From Bacteroidota bacterium (GTDB lineage: Bacteria > Bacteroidota > Bacteroidia > Bacteroidales > WCHB1-69), in NCBI GenBank assembly GCA_037130365.1, contig JBAXTE010000001.1, positions 4,959 to 68,958 of the forward strand: 64,000 bases of DNA, written 5' to 3'. A program made the position numbers and the translations under genes. The notes under the pieces were generated by a model that was not told where the DNA came from, did not search any database, and was given only the letters and a program-made list of their open reading frames with translations. Below are positions 18,552 to 26,413 of the stretch, in pieces. The first letter of the stretch is position 1. Each line of letters begins with the position of its first letter.

Positions 18552-18890
18552 TTACAATGTTTTTTTATCCTGCATTGGATTAGGCGTTTTAACTACCAAA
18601 ATTCGTGCAGGTTGATAATTTTTGTTGCTAATATAGTGTAAAATTTCTTTTGGACTCTCAATCAATGTGTCTTTTTCTGCTTCAAATTGTTCCTCCCCAA
18701 TAAAAATGGTAGGAAAACCTTCCAAAATATAGAAAAATACATCCACAGTTGTTTTATGTGGTTTCAGGGATTCTCCCTTTTGCAACGTAATGTGCATTAC
18801 TTGTGCATCGGGTTGATTATACATTTGCTTAACCTCAACTCCATGTGGATTTTGCTTGAGTTCTGCTTGTTGTATTGAGATTGTTTTCAT
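18552..18890 (-). CDS. small cupin-fold protein
   Basis: 112 aa. Beta-barrel-like pattern HITLQKGESLKPHKTTVDVFFYILEG...LIESPKEILHYISN. The stop lies 3 nt from the Bfd-like start. Confidence 0.65.
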   Translation of the reverse strand: MKTISIQQAELKQNPHGVEVKQMYNQPDAQVMHITLQKGESLKPHKTTVDVFFYILEGFPTIFIGEEQFEAEKDTLIESPKEILHYISNKNYQPARILVVKTPNPMQDKKTL

Positions 18891-18940
18891 AATTTTTTTA
18901 TCAAATGAATTATCTATTTTGAAATAAATTTTAGCTAGAT

Positions 18941-19055
18941 AAAAACGTCAAATATGAGGCTTGCGAAGCAACGAAAAACCTGTCTCAATCTATCGGGATT
19001 AATGATGTAAATGATGGCTTTTCGTTGCAAGCATAACGACATAATTGACGTTTTT
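18941..19055. other. 115-nt imperfect palindrome (terminator/attenuator candidate) between hcp and the cupin genes
   Basis: Outer stem aaaaacgtcaa (18941-18951) / ttgacgttttt (19045-19055). Inner stems gcttgc (18959-18964) / gcaagc (19027-19032) and aacgaaaa (18970-18977) / ttttcgtt (19019-19026). Ends in a T-run on either strand. Confidence 0.55.
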
Positions 19056-19066
19056 ATCGGTTAAAA

Positions 19067-20722
19067 TTAACCAACCATTAATTTGATATCTTCATCCACT
19101 TCAGTAATAGAAGCAATTCCGAAATTATCAACCAAAACCTTAGCTACATTTGGCGATAAGAAAGCAGGCAAAGTTGGTCCTAAATGGATATTTTTAACTC
19201 CTAAAGAAAGAAGTGCCAATAGAACGATTACCGCTTTTTGCTCGTACCAAGCAATATTATACGCAATTGGTAATTCGTTAATGTCTGCTAATCCAAAAAC
19301 TTCTTTAAGTTTAAGTGCAATTACGGCAAGCGAGTATGAATCATTGCATTGTCCTGCATCAAGAACACGTGGAATTCCACCAATATCACCCAAAGGAAGT
19401 TTGTTGTAACGATATTTTGCACAACCTGCAGTAAGAATTACGGTGTCTTTTGGAAGTTTTTCAGCAAAATGAGTATAATAATCACGGTCACGCATACGGC
19501 CATCACAACCAGCCATTACAATAAATTTACGAATTGCACCCGATTTTACAGCAGCTACAACTTTGTCGGCAAGTGCTAACACTTGATTATGTGCAAAACC
19601 GCCAATGATTTCACCAGTTTCAATTTCTATTGGAGAAGCACATTTTTTTGCATGTTCAATAATTTGAGAAAAATCTTTTGGAGCACCATTTACGCGGTCA
19701 GCAATATGGGTATAGCCATTAAATCCAGCTGCACCAGTTGTATAAATTCGATCGTTGTAAGTTGCAGTGGAACGTGGAGGAACTAAACAATTTGTAGTAA
19801 ATAAAACAGGACCGTTAAATGTTTCAAAATCGGTAGTTTGGTGCCACCATGAGCTTCCGTAATTTCCAACTAAATTTGGATATTTTTTCAATTCAGGATA
19901 GTAATGCGTAGGTAGCATTTCGCTATGCGTATAAACATCAACACCAGTTCCTTGTGTCTGTTTTAGCAACTCTTCCATGTCTTTTAAATCGTGACCAGTA
20001 ACTAATATTGCTGGGTTTGTGCGAACTCCCAAATTTACTTTTGTAATTTCTGGATTTCCATAAGCTTCGGTGTTTGCTTTATCCAAAAGTGCCATTACAG
20101 AAACACCATTTGCACCACATTCTAGGACAAGTGCCACCAATTGGTCAGCGGTCAATGTGTCATCAGTAGTAGAAGCTAAACCGCGGTGCATAAATTCGAA
20201 GATTGCAGGGTTTGTTTCGCCTAAGTTGTAAGCATGTTCGGCATAAGCAGCCATTCCTTTTAATCCATAAATAAGCAATTCGCGAAGCGAACGAACATCT
20301 TCGTTTGTGGTGGATAATACCCCAACAGTTGTTGCTTTAGCATCAAATTCAGCTTCATCTGCTTTCCAAAAAGCACCTTCGTATTTTATGTCATCAACAT
20401 TTATTCCTGCAGCAATTACTTGATTTTTAATTGATTCGCGTATTGCAAAAGCATCTTTTATTTTTGCAACAAAACGAGCTGTATCAAAATTTGCATTGGT
20501 AATGGTCATAAACAACCCTTCGAATACAAATTTATCAACTGCATTTGTGTTTAAACCTGCTTTGGTAGCGCGTTCGCTATAAATTGAAATTCCTCTCAAT
20601 ACGAACATTAATAAATCTTGTAAATTGGCTACTTCCGAAGTTTTTCCGCAAACTCCCTTTAATGTGCAACCGCTTCCTTTTGCAGTTTCTTGACATTGAA
20701 AACAAAACATTTGACTTTCCAT
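19067..20722 (-). CDS. hcp: hybrid cluster protein / hydroxylamine reductase
   Basis: N-terminal cysteine cluster [21 protein letters not shown]. 551 aa with typical Hcp features along the whole length. Confidence 0.95.
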   Translation of the reverse strand: MESQMFCFQCQETAKGSGCTLKGVCGKTSEVANLQDLLMFVLRGISIYSERATKAGLNTNAVDKFVFEGLFMTITNANFDTARFVAKIKDAFAIRESIKNQVIAAGINVDDIKYEGAFWKADEAEFDAKATTVGVLSTTNEDVRSLRELLIYGLKGMAAYAEHAYNLGETNPAIFEFMHRGLASTTDDTLTADQLVALVLECGANGVSVMALLDKANTEAYGNPEITKVNLGVRTNPAILVTGHDLKDMEELLKQTQGTGVDVYTHSEMLPTHYYPELKKYPNLVGNYGSSWWHQTTDFETFNGPVLFTTNCLVPPRSTATYNDRIYTTGAAGFNGYTHIADRVNGAPKDFSQIIEHAKKCASPIEIETGEIIGGFAHNQVLALADKVVAAVKSGAIRKFIVMAGCDGRMRDRDYYTHFAEKLPKDTVILTAGCAKYRYNKLPLGDIGGIPRVLDAGQCNDSYSLAVIALKLKEVFGLADINELPIAYNIAWYEQKAVIVLLALLSLGVKNIHLGPTLPAFLSPNVAKVLVDNFGIASITEVDEDIKLMVG

Positions 20723-20779
20723 AGTTCTAATTTTTTTAATTGATTATTTCTATTGTTATTTAATTGATTAATTTGATTT

Positions 20780-21640
20780 TTAAACCCATTCGTCGCTAAT
20801 AATTTCACCTTGAATTCCTACAACAATCAGTTTCATAGGAATTTTACGACTTGCATTTGCCATTGCCATTTTTGCTATTTGCAGCAATCCACCACAACAA
20901 GGAACTTCCATAATTGCGACCGTAAGTGTGTTGATTTTTGCATCATCTATCATAGTGGTAATTTTTTCGACATAAGATTCTTTGTTAGAATCTAGTTTTG
21001 GACAAGCAATAGCTAAAGATTTACCTTTAAGCAATTTGCCATGAAATCCACCCAAAGCAAAAGCAGTACAATCAGCAGCTAATAGCATATCTGCTCCTTG
21101 TAAATATCCTGCATTTGGATTTAATAAGTGGAGTTGAACTGGCCATTGAGTTAACTCCGAAGGTTGATTTGCTGTGGATTCAGCAACTGGAGGAGCGGTT
21201 GGTTTGTTAAATTGCATCTCTCTCGATCCAGGACATCCACCACCTTGGTGATGATGTTGATTGGTTTGTATTGGTTCCATAATTGATGTTAGATTTATTT
21301 GAATATTATTTTGACGGAGGTATTCAACCCCTTGATTGAAAAATCCCATTTCGTTGTGATCTTTTAAATGTTTAAGATGAGCTAAAATGGTTTTTTCACC
21401 TTTTTCAATCATCCGTTCCATTACAATAGCTTCGTCGTATGGTTCTGCTTCGCGTTCTTCGAGAACAATAGCACCTACAGGACATTCGCCAATGCAAGCC
21501 CCTAATCCATCGCAAAAAAGATCGCTGATTAATCGAGCTTTATCGTCAATAATTTGCAACGCACCTTCGTGACAGCCCGAAACACACATTCCACATCCGT
21601 TGCATTTATCTTCGTCTATTTTTATAATTGTTCGTTTCAT
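20780..21640 (-). CDS. ferredoxin-like 2x[4Fe-4S] protein co-transcribed with hcp
   Basis: The real start is MKRTIIKIDEDKCNGCGMCVSGCHEGA at 21640. The track's TTG start at 21778 would read through the promoter. Second cluster motif is CDGLGACIGECPVGA. A C-terminal Cys-rich domain carries EVPCCGG. Confidence 0.8.
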   Translation of the reverse strand: MKRTIIKIDEDKCNGCGMCVSGCHEGALQIIDDKARLISDLFCDGLGACIGECPVGAIVLEEREAEPYDEAIVMERMIEKGEKTILAHLKHLKDHNEMGFFNQGVEYLRQNNIQINLTSIMEPIQTNQHHHQGGGCPGSREMQFNKPTAPPVAESTANQPSELTQWPVQLHLLNPNAGYLQGADMLLAADCTAFALGGFHGKLLKGKSLAIACPKLDSNKESYVEKITTMIDDAKINTLTVAIMEVPCCGGLLQIAKMAMANASRKIPMKLIVVGIQGEIISDEWV

Positions 21641-21667
21641 TTTTTTAGTTTTATCTGTTTGTTGAGG

Positions 21668-21675
21668 CAAAGATA
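21668..21675 (-). promoter_or_regulatory. candidate -7 promoter box (TATCTTTG) of the ferredoxin-hcp operon
   Basis: Plus-strand caaagata equals minus-strand TATCTTTG, 28 nt upstream of ATG 21640. Confidence 0.45.
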
Positions 21676-21696
21676 TCTGATTGTATTCCGATGAAG

Positions 21697-21712
21697 TGTA
21701 ACCTATGTTACA
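21697..21712. promoter_or_regulatory. perfect palindrome TGTAAC-N4-GTTACA (candidate HcpR/CRP-FNR operator)
   Basis: tGTAACctatGTTACa is centred about 41.5 nt upstream of the transcription start implied by the -7 box. Confidence 0.55.
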
Positions 21713-21876
21713 AAAGGGTATAATTAAATATAAATAATTGATAATCAAATACAAAGAAAGATGTGGATAACTGAACAACCCAAAAATAATTTAGTTCATC
21801 AAAAAATTTCTGGATTTCATGTATCCAAAATAATCGAAATTTAAATATTGGATTTTAATATAAAAAACCAATTAAT

Positions 21877-21884
21877 TATCTTTG
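21877..21884 (+). promoter_or_regulatory. candidate -7 promoter box (TATCTTTG) for the DUF4337 gene
   Basis: 12 nt upstream of ATG 21896. Confidence 0.4.
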
Positions 21885-21895
21885 CATAAAAAAGT

Positions 21896-22423
21896 ATGGC
21901 AGAAGAAAAAAAAGAAAAGTGGCTAAATTATTTGGCTTTATCGACTATTATTTTTGCGGTATGTGCTACATTATCAACCTTTAAAGGTGGTGGTTTCAGC
22001 ACACAATCGCTAATGAATCAATCTAAAGCATCAGATCAGTGGGCATTATATCAGGCAAAGAGTATGAAAGGCTATATGTTTGAAATGCAGAGCGATAATT
22101 TTGAAATTCAGCTGATAAATGCTCAAGAAAAACAATCGCAAAAGATTCAGAAAAAAATTGATGCTTACCAAGGTAAAATCAAACAATACGACAAAGAAAA
22201 AGTAGAAATAAAAAGCACTGCAGAAGGTTTTGAAAAAAGCAGAGACTTAAATAAACAACATTCAAATATATTCGGAATTGCTGTAATTTTCTTGCAGGTA
22301 TCCATATTGCTTTCTTCTATCGCTGCATTGATAAAAAGAAAATATATTTGGTTTGTGAGTGTGGGTATAGGGTTAGTTGGTTTATTGTATTTTATTGATG
22401 GATTCTTTCTCTTTTTCATCTAG
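21896..22423 (+). CDS. DUF4337-like membrane protein
   Basis: An N-terminal TM and a C-terminal pair of TMs flank a coiled-coil-like region. KASDQWALYQAKSMKG resembles DUF4337 (recalled from memory). Confidence 0.6.
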   Translation: MAEEKKEKWLNYLALSTIIFAVCATLSTFKGGGFSTQSLMNQSKASDQWALYQAKSMKGYMFEMQSDNFEIQLINAQEKQSQKIQKKIDAYQGKIKQYDKEKVEIKSTAEGFEKSRDLNKQHSNIFGIAVIFLQVSILLSSIAALIKRKYIWFVSVGIGLVGLLYFIDGFFLFFI

Positions 22424-22487
22424 TGTTCGCAAAAAAATGGCGAATTATTAATTATTAAATCAGGTATTAGGATTCTAAATGTTTGCA

Positions 22488-22495
22488 TATCTTTG
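22488..22495 (+). promoter_or_regulatory. candidate -7 promoter box (TATCTTTG) for the Crp/Fnr gene
   Basis: Lies inside the TTG-extended track ORF, 12 nt upstream of ATG 22507. Confidence 0.4.
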
Positions 22496-22506
22496 TAAAA
22501 AAACAA

Positions 22507-23184
22507 ATGGAGGCCGTAAATACTAGACTTTTATTTTGCCCATTATTTAAAGGAATAAATCCCGACGAAATTGGACAATTGATTTCTCAAGTAGAATATC
22601 ACAAAAAGCGCTTCAATGCTGGAGTACTCATAGCTCAACGAGGAGAATTGTACGAATCATTAATGATAATTCTTACTGGTTCGGTTATTGGCGAAATGAT
22701 TGACACGATGGGAAAAGTGGTAAAAATTGAAGAGATGAAATCCGGGATGCCACTTGCTACGGCAGTAATCTATTGCAATAATCCACGATTACCGGTAAAT
22801 GTGACCACTTTACAAGAGACAGAAATCTTGTTTTTACCCAAAACATCGCTTACTTTATTAATGCAAAAAAGCAATCCATTACTGATCAATTTTTTGCAAA
22901 TAGTCTCCAATCGAGCCACATTTTTAACCGAACGAATTTGGTTTTTATCATTTAAAACTATCCGTGAAAAATTAGCACATTTTATTCTTCAAAAATCAAT
23001 TTTGGGCAGTAATAGAGTAAAGTTTGACCTTACTCAACAAGAAATTGCCGACTATTTTGGAGTCACTCGTCCTGCTTTAGCGCGATCAATCGCGAAATTG
23101 GAACTTGATGGAATTATTAGAACAGAGAAGAAAGAGGTGATAATATTAAACCGTGACAAGATAGAGAAAGTTGCATCTAACTAA
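22507..23184 (+). CDS. Crp/Fnr family transcriptional regulator (HcpR-like by context)
   Basis: N-terminal cNMP-binding-like barrel and C-terminal HTH QQEIADYFGVTRPALARSIAKLELDG. No N-terminal Fnr-type Cys cluster. Located next to the hcp operon. Confidence 0.8.
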   Translation: MEAVNTRLLFCPLFKGINPDEIGQLISQVEYHKKRFNAGVLIAQRGELYESLMIILTGSVIGEMIDTMGKVVKIEEMKSGMPLATAVIYCNNPRLPVNVTTLQETEILFLPKTSLTLLMQKSNPLLINFLQIVSNRATFLTERIWFLSFKTIREKLAHFILQKSILGSNRVKFDLTQQEIADYFGVTRPALARSIAKLELDGIIRTEKKEVIILNRDKIEKVASN

Positions 23185-23253
23185 GTTTTTAAAACTTTGG
23201 AATATTATCAAGTTAAATAATTTTAGGATACTAGATAATTAGCAAAAAAAAAC

Positions 23254-23261
23254 TAATTTTG
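23254..23261 (+). promoter_or_regulatory. candidate -7 promoter box (TAATTTTG)
   Basis: 20 nt upstream of ATG 23281. Confidence 0.35.
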
Positions 23262-23280
23262 CATAATATAGTAAAGGCTC

Positions 23281-23997
23281 ATGATTATAGATGTTTTTTA
23301 TCCGTGTATTCACGATGGGTTTACTCCCCAGAACAGAGAAAACTTGCTCAAAATATTAGCACATGTAGGCGACCAAGCTTCTGATGTAATTCAGCCACTT
23401 TGTTGTGGTCAGAAAGCTTATTTATCTGGATATCCGCTACTAGCAAAGTCTTACGGTGAAATTTTCGTAAAACGATATGAAACCAATAGGCCATTAATCA
23501 CTGCCTCTACCTCTTGCTTGGGTTATATGAGAAAATACTATACTCAATTCTTTTTCAATACTTCATTGCACAATGAATTAAAGCAATTTCAAGCAAATAG
23601 TTACGATATTACTCAATATCTGGTTAATGTAAAAAAGCAGTCTGGTATAGGAGCAGAATTTGAAGGAATTGTGTCGTATTACAAAACATGTTCTGCATCT
23701 CAAAAATGCAACCTAGAAGACGAAGCAGAAATTCTATTAAAAAACGTTTCCTCACTTACCCTTACAGATTATAAATCAACAAATTGCTGTGGATCAGGGG
23801 GAAAATTCCCCACTAATCATCCCGAATATGCTGAAAAACTAGCACTTATAGAATTACAATTGATGATGGACAAGGGTACTCAATACATCACGGCTACAGA
23901 TGCTCAGTGCTTAGCCCATTTTCAAAAAATTATTGACAAACATAAATTCACTATTAAAACAATTCATATTATTGATATTTTAGCATCTGGATACTAA
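23281..23997 (+). CDS. LutA/GlcF-like (Fe-S) oxidoreductase with two CCG cysteine-rich domains
   Basis: CCG motifs QPLCCGQKAY and TNCCGSGGKF. 238 aa, the size of LutA/YkgE. No lutB or lutC nearby. Confidence 0.65.
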   Translation: MIIDVFYPCIHDGFTPQNRENLLKILAHVGDQASDVIQPLCCGQKAYLSGYPLLAKSYGEIFVKRYETNRPLITASTSCLGYMRKYYTQFFFNTSLHNELKQFQANSYDITQYLVNVKKQSGIGAEFEGIVSYYKTCSASQKCNLEDEAEILLKNVSSLTLTDYKSTNCCGSGGKFPTNHPEYAEKLALIELQLMMDKGTQYITATDAQCLAHFQKIIDKHKFTIKTIHIIDILASGY

Positions 23998-24005
23998 TTT
24001 TATTT

Positions 24006-24812
24006 ATGAAACATATTCTTAAATTCATTGTAATCATCATAATAACGACCTCTTGTAGTCATAAAAACAATAATAACCTCGATCAAATAGAAAAAAATTT
24101 TGCTTTAGGAAACAACGAAAAAGCACAATCAGATTTAGATCGATTAATTAAAGATGATAGCACTAATGCCTTAAATTTTTTTACAAAAGGCAATCTTTTG
24201 GCTGAAGAGAACAACCATCGTGATGCAATTGACGCTTTTTCAAAATGCATTAAACTTCAACCCGAATACACCACTGCATTCAACAATAGAGGATATAGCT
24301 ATTTATTAATTGGTCTAACAGAGGATGCTATCAGCGATTTTAAAAAAGCAATTTCACTAACTCCCCGTTTCCCTGAAGCATACAACAATCTAGGTTTAGC
24401 ATACAAACAACAAGGAGATTTTTCACAAGCAATATCAAATTACAAATTAGCGATTTCATTTAAACCCGATTACGCTGATGCACATTACAATATTGCAAAC
24501 ACTTCACTTTTACTTGGAAAATATAAGGATGCCATCAATTATTTTGAAAAAACATTAAAAATAGCTCCAAATTATGTAGAAGCATATCATGGTAAAGCAG
24601 TCGCACTCTATCAAATATCAAAATACGAAGAAGCCATTACTTCTGAATCAAAAGCTATTCAAATCAACCCAAATTATGGACAGGCTTGGTATAGCAGGGG
24701 TTTAGCCTATTCAAAAATTAACCAAAAAGAAAATGCTTGTAATGATTTTAGGGCCGCTTTGAATCTAGGCCAGCAGGATGCAATAAAAATGCTTGATGAA
24801 TATTGTAAATAA
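24006..24812 (+). CDS. TPR-repeat lipoprotein
   Basis: Lipobox-like IITTSC. At least six TPR units follow the (A/F)xNxGxxYxxxGxxxxAIxxFxKAIxLxP pattern. Confidence 0.85.
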   Translation: MKHILKFIVIIIITTSCSHKNNNNLDQIEKNFALGNNEKAQSDLDRLIKDDSTNALNFFTKGNLLAEENNHRDAIDAFSKCIKLQPEYTTAFNNRGYSYLLIGLTEDAISDFKKAISLTPRFPEAYNNLGLAYKQQGDFSQAISNYKLAISFKPDYADAHYNIANTSLLLGKYKDAINYFEKTLKIAPNYVEAYHGKAVALYQISKYEEAITSESKAIQINPNYGQAWYSRGLAYSKINQKENACNDFRAALNLGQQDAIKMLDEYCK

Positions 24813-24905
24813 TTGTTAATTGTTAATAATGAGCTATTTTGAGTTATTAGTGATAGGACTAAGAAAAAAACGAATATTCTTATTGCTTTTTTTTGAAACT
24901 TGACC

Positions 24906-24913
24906 TATCTTTG
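24906..24913 (+). promoter_or_regulatory. candidate -7 promoter box (TATCTTTG) upstream of the surface-protein locus
   Basis: 146 nt upstream of ATG 25059, implying a long leader. Confidence 0.3.
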
Positions 24914-25058
24914 TATTTATTTTATCAAAACAATAAATTAACACACCAAATTATTTCGATTTAGACGCCAAAAAGAAAAAGGATATTGTCTTTAAAAATA
25001 ATAGGTAACTAATCAATTACGTTGAAACATAATATTACAATTAACGTATAACCAATCT

Positions 25059-26408
25059 ATGAAAATGAAAACGCACATAAAACCATTACTTAAAGCACTT
25101 ATAACAAGGTATATATTCTTTGTTTTTGTGATTTTAAGTGTTATAAAGGTATCTGCACAAAACTATTCTTTTTCAATATATGGTTATGGCGTTTATTGCA
25201 CCAATGATGCATATATTTTTATTCCTGGCAATTTAACTTCCCATGATATGACTGTACCTGGTGTGATTAATTTAGATGGAAAAATTGAATTATGGGGAGA
25301 TATTGATAATCAATCAACTGGTCCATTTTTTATTGATATTGAAGATGATCCTATTGGCGATTTAGTTATGGTTAGCCCTGATGGTTTTAACCAATCAATT
25401 AACGGCATAACTCCCATCGAATTTGAAAATTTACATTTAGATTTTTTTACAAAGAATCTAGAATTAAATAATTGTATTACATATGGAACCCTTTCAATAA
25501 ATTCACGTTTTAATTTGAATTCAAATAATTTTATTTTAAAACGTAAAAACCCCGTTCAACCAAGTCCTCCTGGTCAGTTAAATTATGAAACTGGTCATAT
25601 TCATAGCGAATCTTTACCGCCAACTTATGGAACTTTACAATGGAACATTAAAAATGGTATTGGTCAGTATAAAATTCCTTTTGGATCGGGTGCATCTGAT
25701 GGAAGTGGAAATGATAAGGATTTAGAATTAATTTATGATGTTACAATTCCTGGTAGTGCAGATGGATTTGTAAAATTTGCAACTTATCCTACTCCTTTTG
25801 ACAACAGACCTTTCCCTGTTGGAGTGTTTTCTTTAGCACCTCATAGCGATATTAATGTTGTAGATCGTTTTTGGATTATTGACCCCGATTATTCTACTCG
25901 TCCAGATATAAAACTTACCTTTAATTATATTGACGTAGAAACACGCTCTCCAAATTTTATCAATAAAAGCGAATTTAAAGCAATTCGATATAATCCAAAT
26001 AGCTCTAGCTGGAATGATTGGGTTCCAATTTCTCAAAGTAATCCAGATATATATAAAGTATCTACTCAAGCAATTCCAAAACAACATTTTTTCACAAATT
26101 GGACTTTAGCCAGTGAAGAAGCTGGTGGAGATATTTGGATTCCAAATGCATTTACTCCAGATAGAGATGAAAGTTACCTGAACGAAAGTTTTGGTCCTGT
26201 TATAACATTCCCTTATGCAAAATATGAATTCTATGTATTAGATCGTTGGGGTGAGCAAATTTTCACTTCCGACAATATTCTTAACAGATGGGATGGAACT
26301 TTAGGTGGTGTCGTGGTTAATGGAGGAGTTTATACATGGTTAATTGTGCTGACCAAAAGCACTGGAAAAAAATATAAATATACTGGTACAGTAAACGTTA
26401 TTTTATAA
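25059..26408 (+). CDS. T9SS type B (gliding-motility CHU_C) C-terminal sorting domain protein
   Basis: Signal peptide. C-terminus [11 protein letters not shown]...[16 protein letters not shown]...[17 protein letters not shown] matches the type B CTD pattern. Confidence 0.8.
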   Translation: MKMKTHIKPLLKALITRYIFFVFVILSVIKVSAQNYSFSIYGYGVYCTNDAYIFIPGNLTSHDMTVPGVINLDGKIELWGDIDNQSTGPFFIDIEDDPIGDLVMVSPDGFNQSINGITPIEFENLHLDFFTKNLELNNCITYGTLSINSRFNLNSNNFILKRKNPVQPSPPGQLNYETGHIHSESLPPTYGTLQWNIKNGIGQYKIPFGSGASDGSGNDKDLELIYDVTIPGSADGFVKFATYPTPFDNRPFPVGVFSLAPHSDINVVDRFWIIDPDYSTRPDIKLTFNYIDVETRSPNFINKSEFKAIRYNPNSSSWNDWVPISQSNPDIYKVSTQAIPKQHFFTNWTLASEEAGGDIWIPNAFTPDRDESYLNESFGPVITFPYAKYEFYVLDRWGEQIFTSDNILNRWDGTLGGVVVNGGVYTWLIVLTKSTGKKYKYTGTVNVIL

Positions 26409-26413
26409 TAATA

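Noticed and set aside
21641-21778. TTG-initiated N-terminal extension of the ferredoxin gene (MFSYPHLSLYLIINYLYLII...), and similar extensions at 303, 22483, 30806 and 47969
   Set aside because: The extensions are AT-rich translation of promoter or operator DNA, containing the TAnnTTTG boxes, the HcpR-type palindrome and the AAGTGG boxes. The conserved protein sequence starts at the internal Met.
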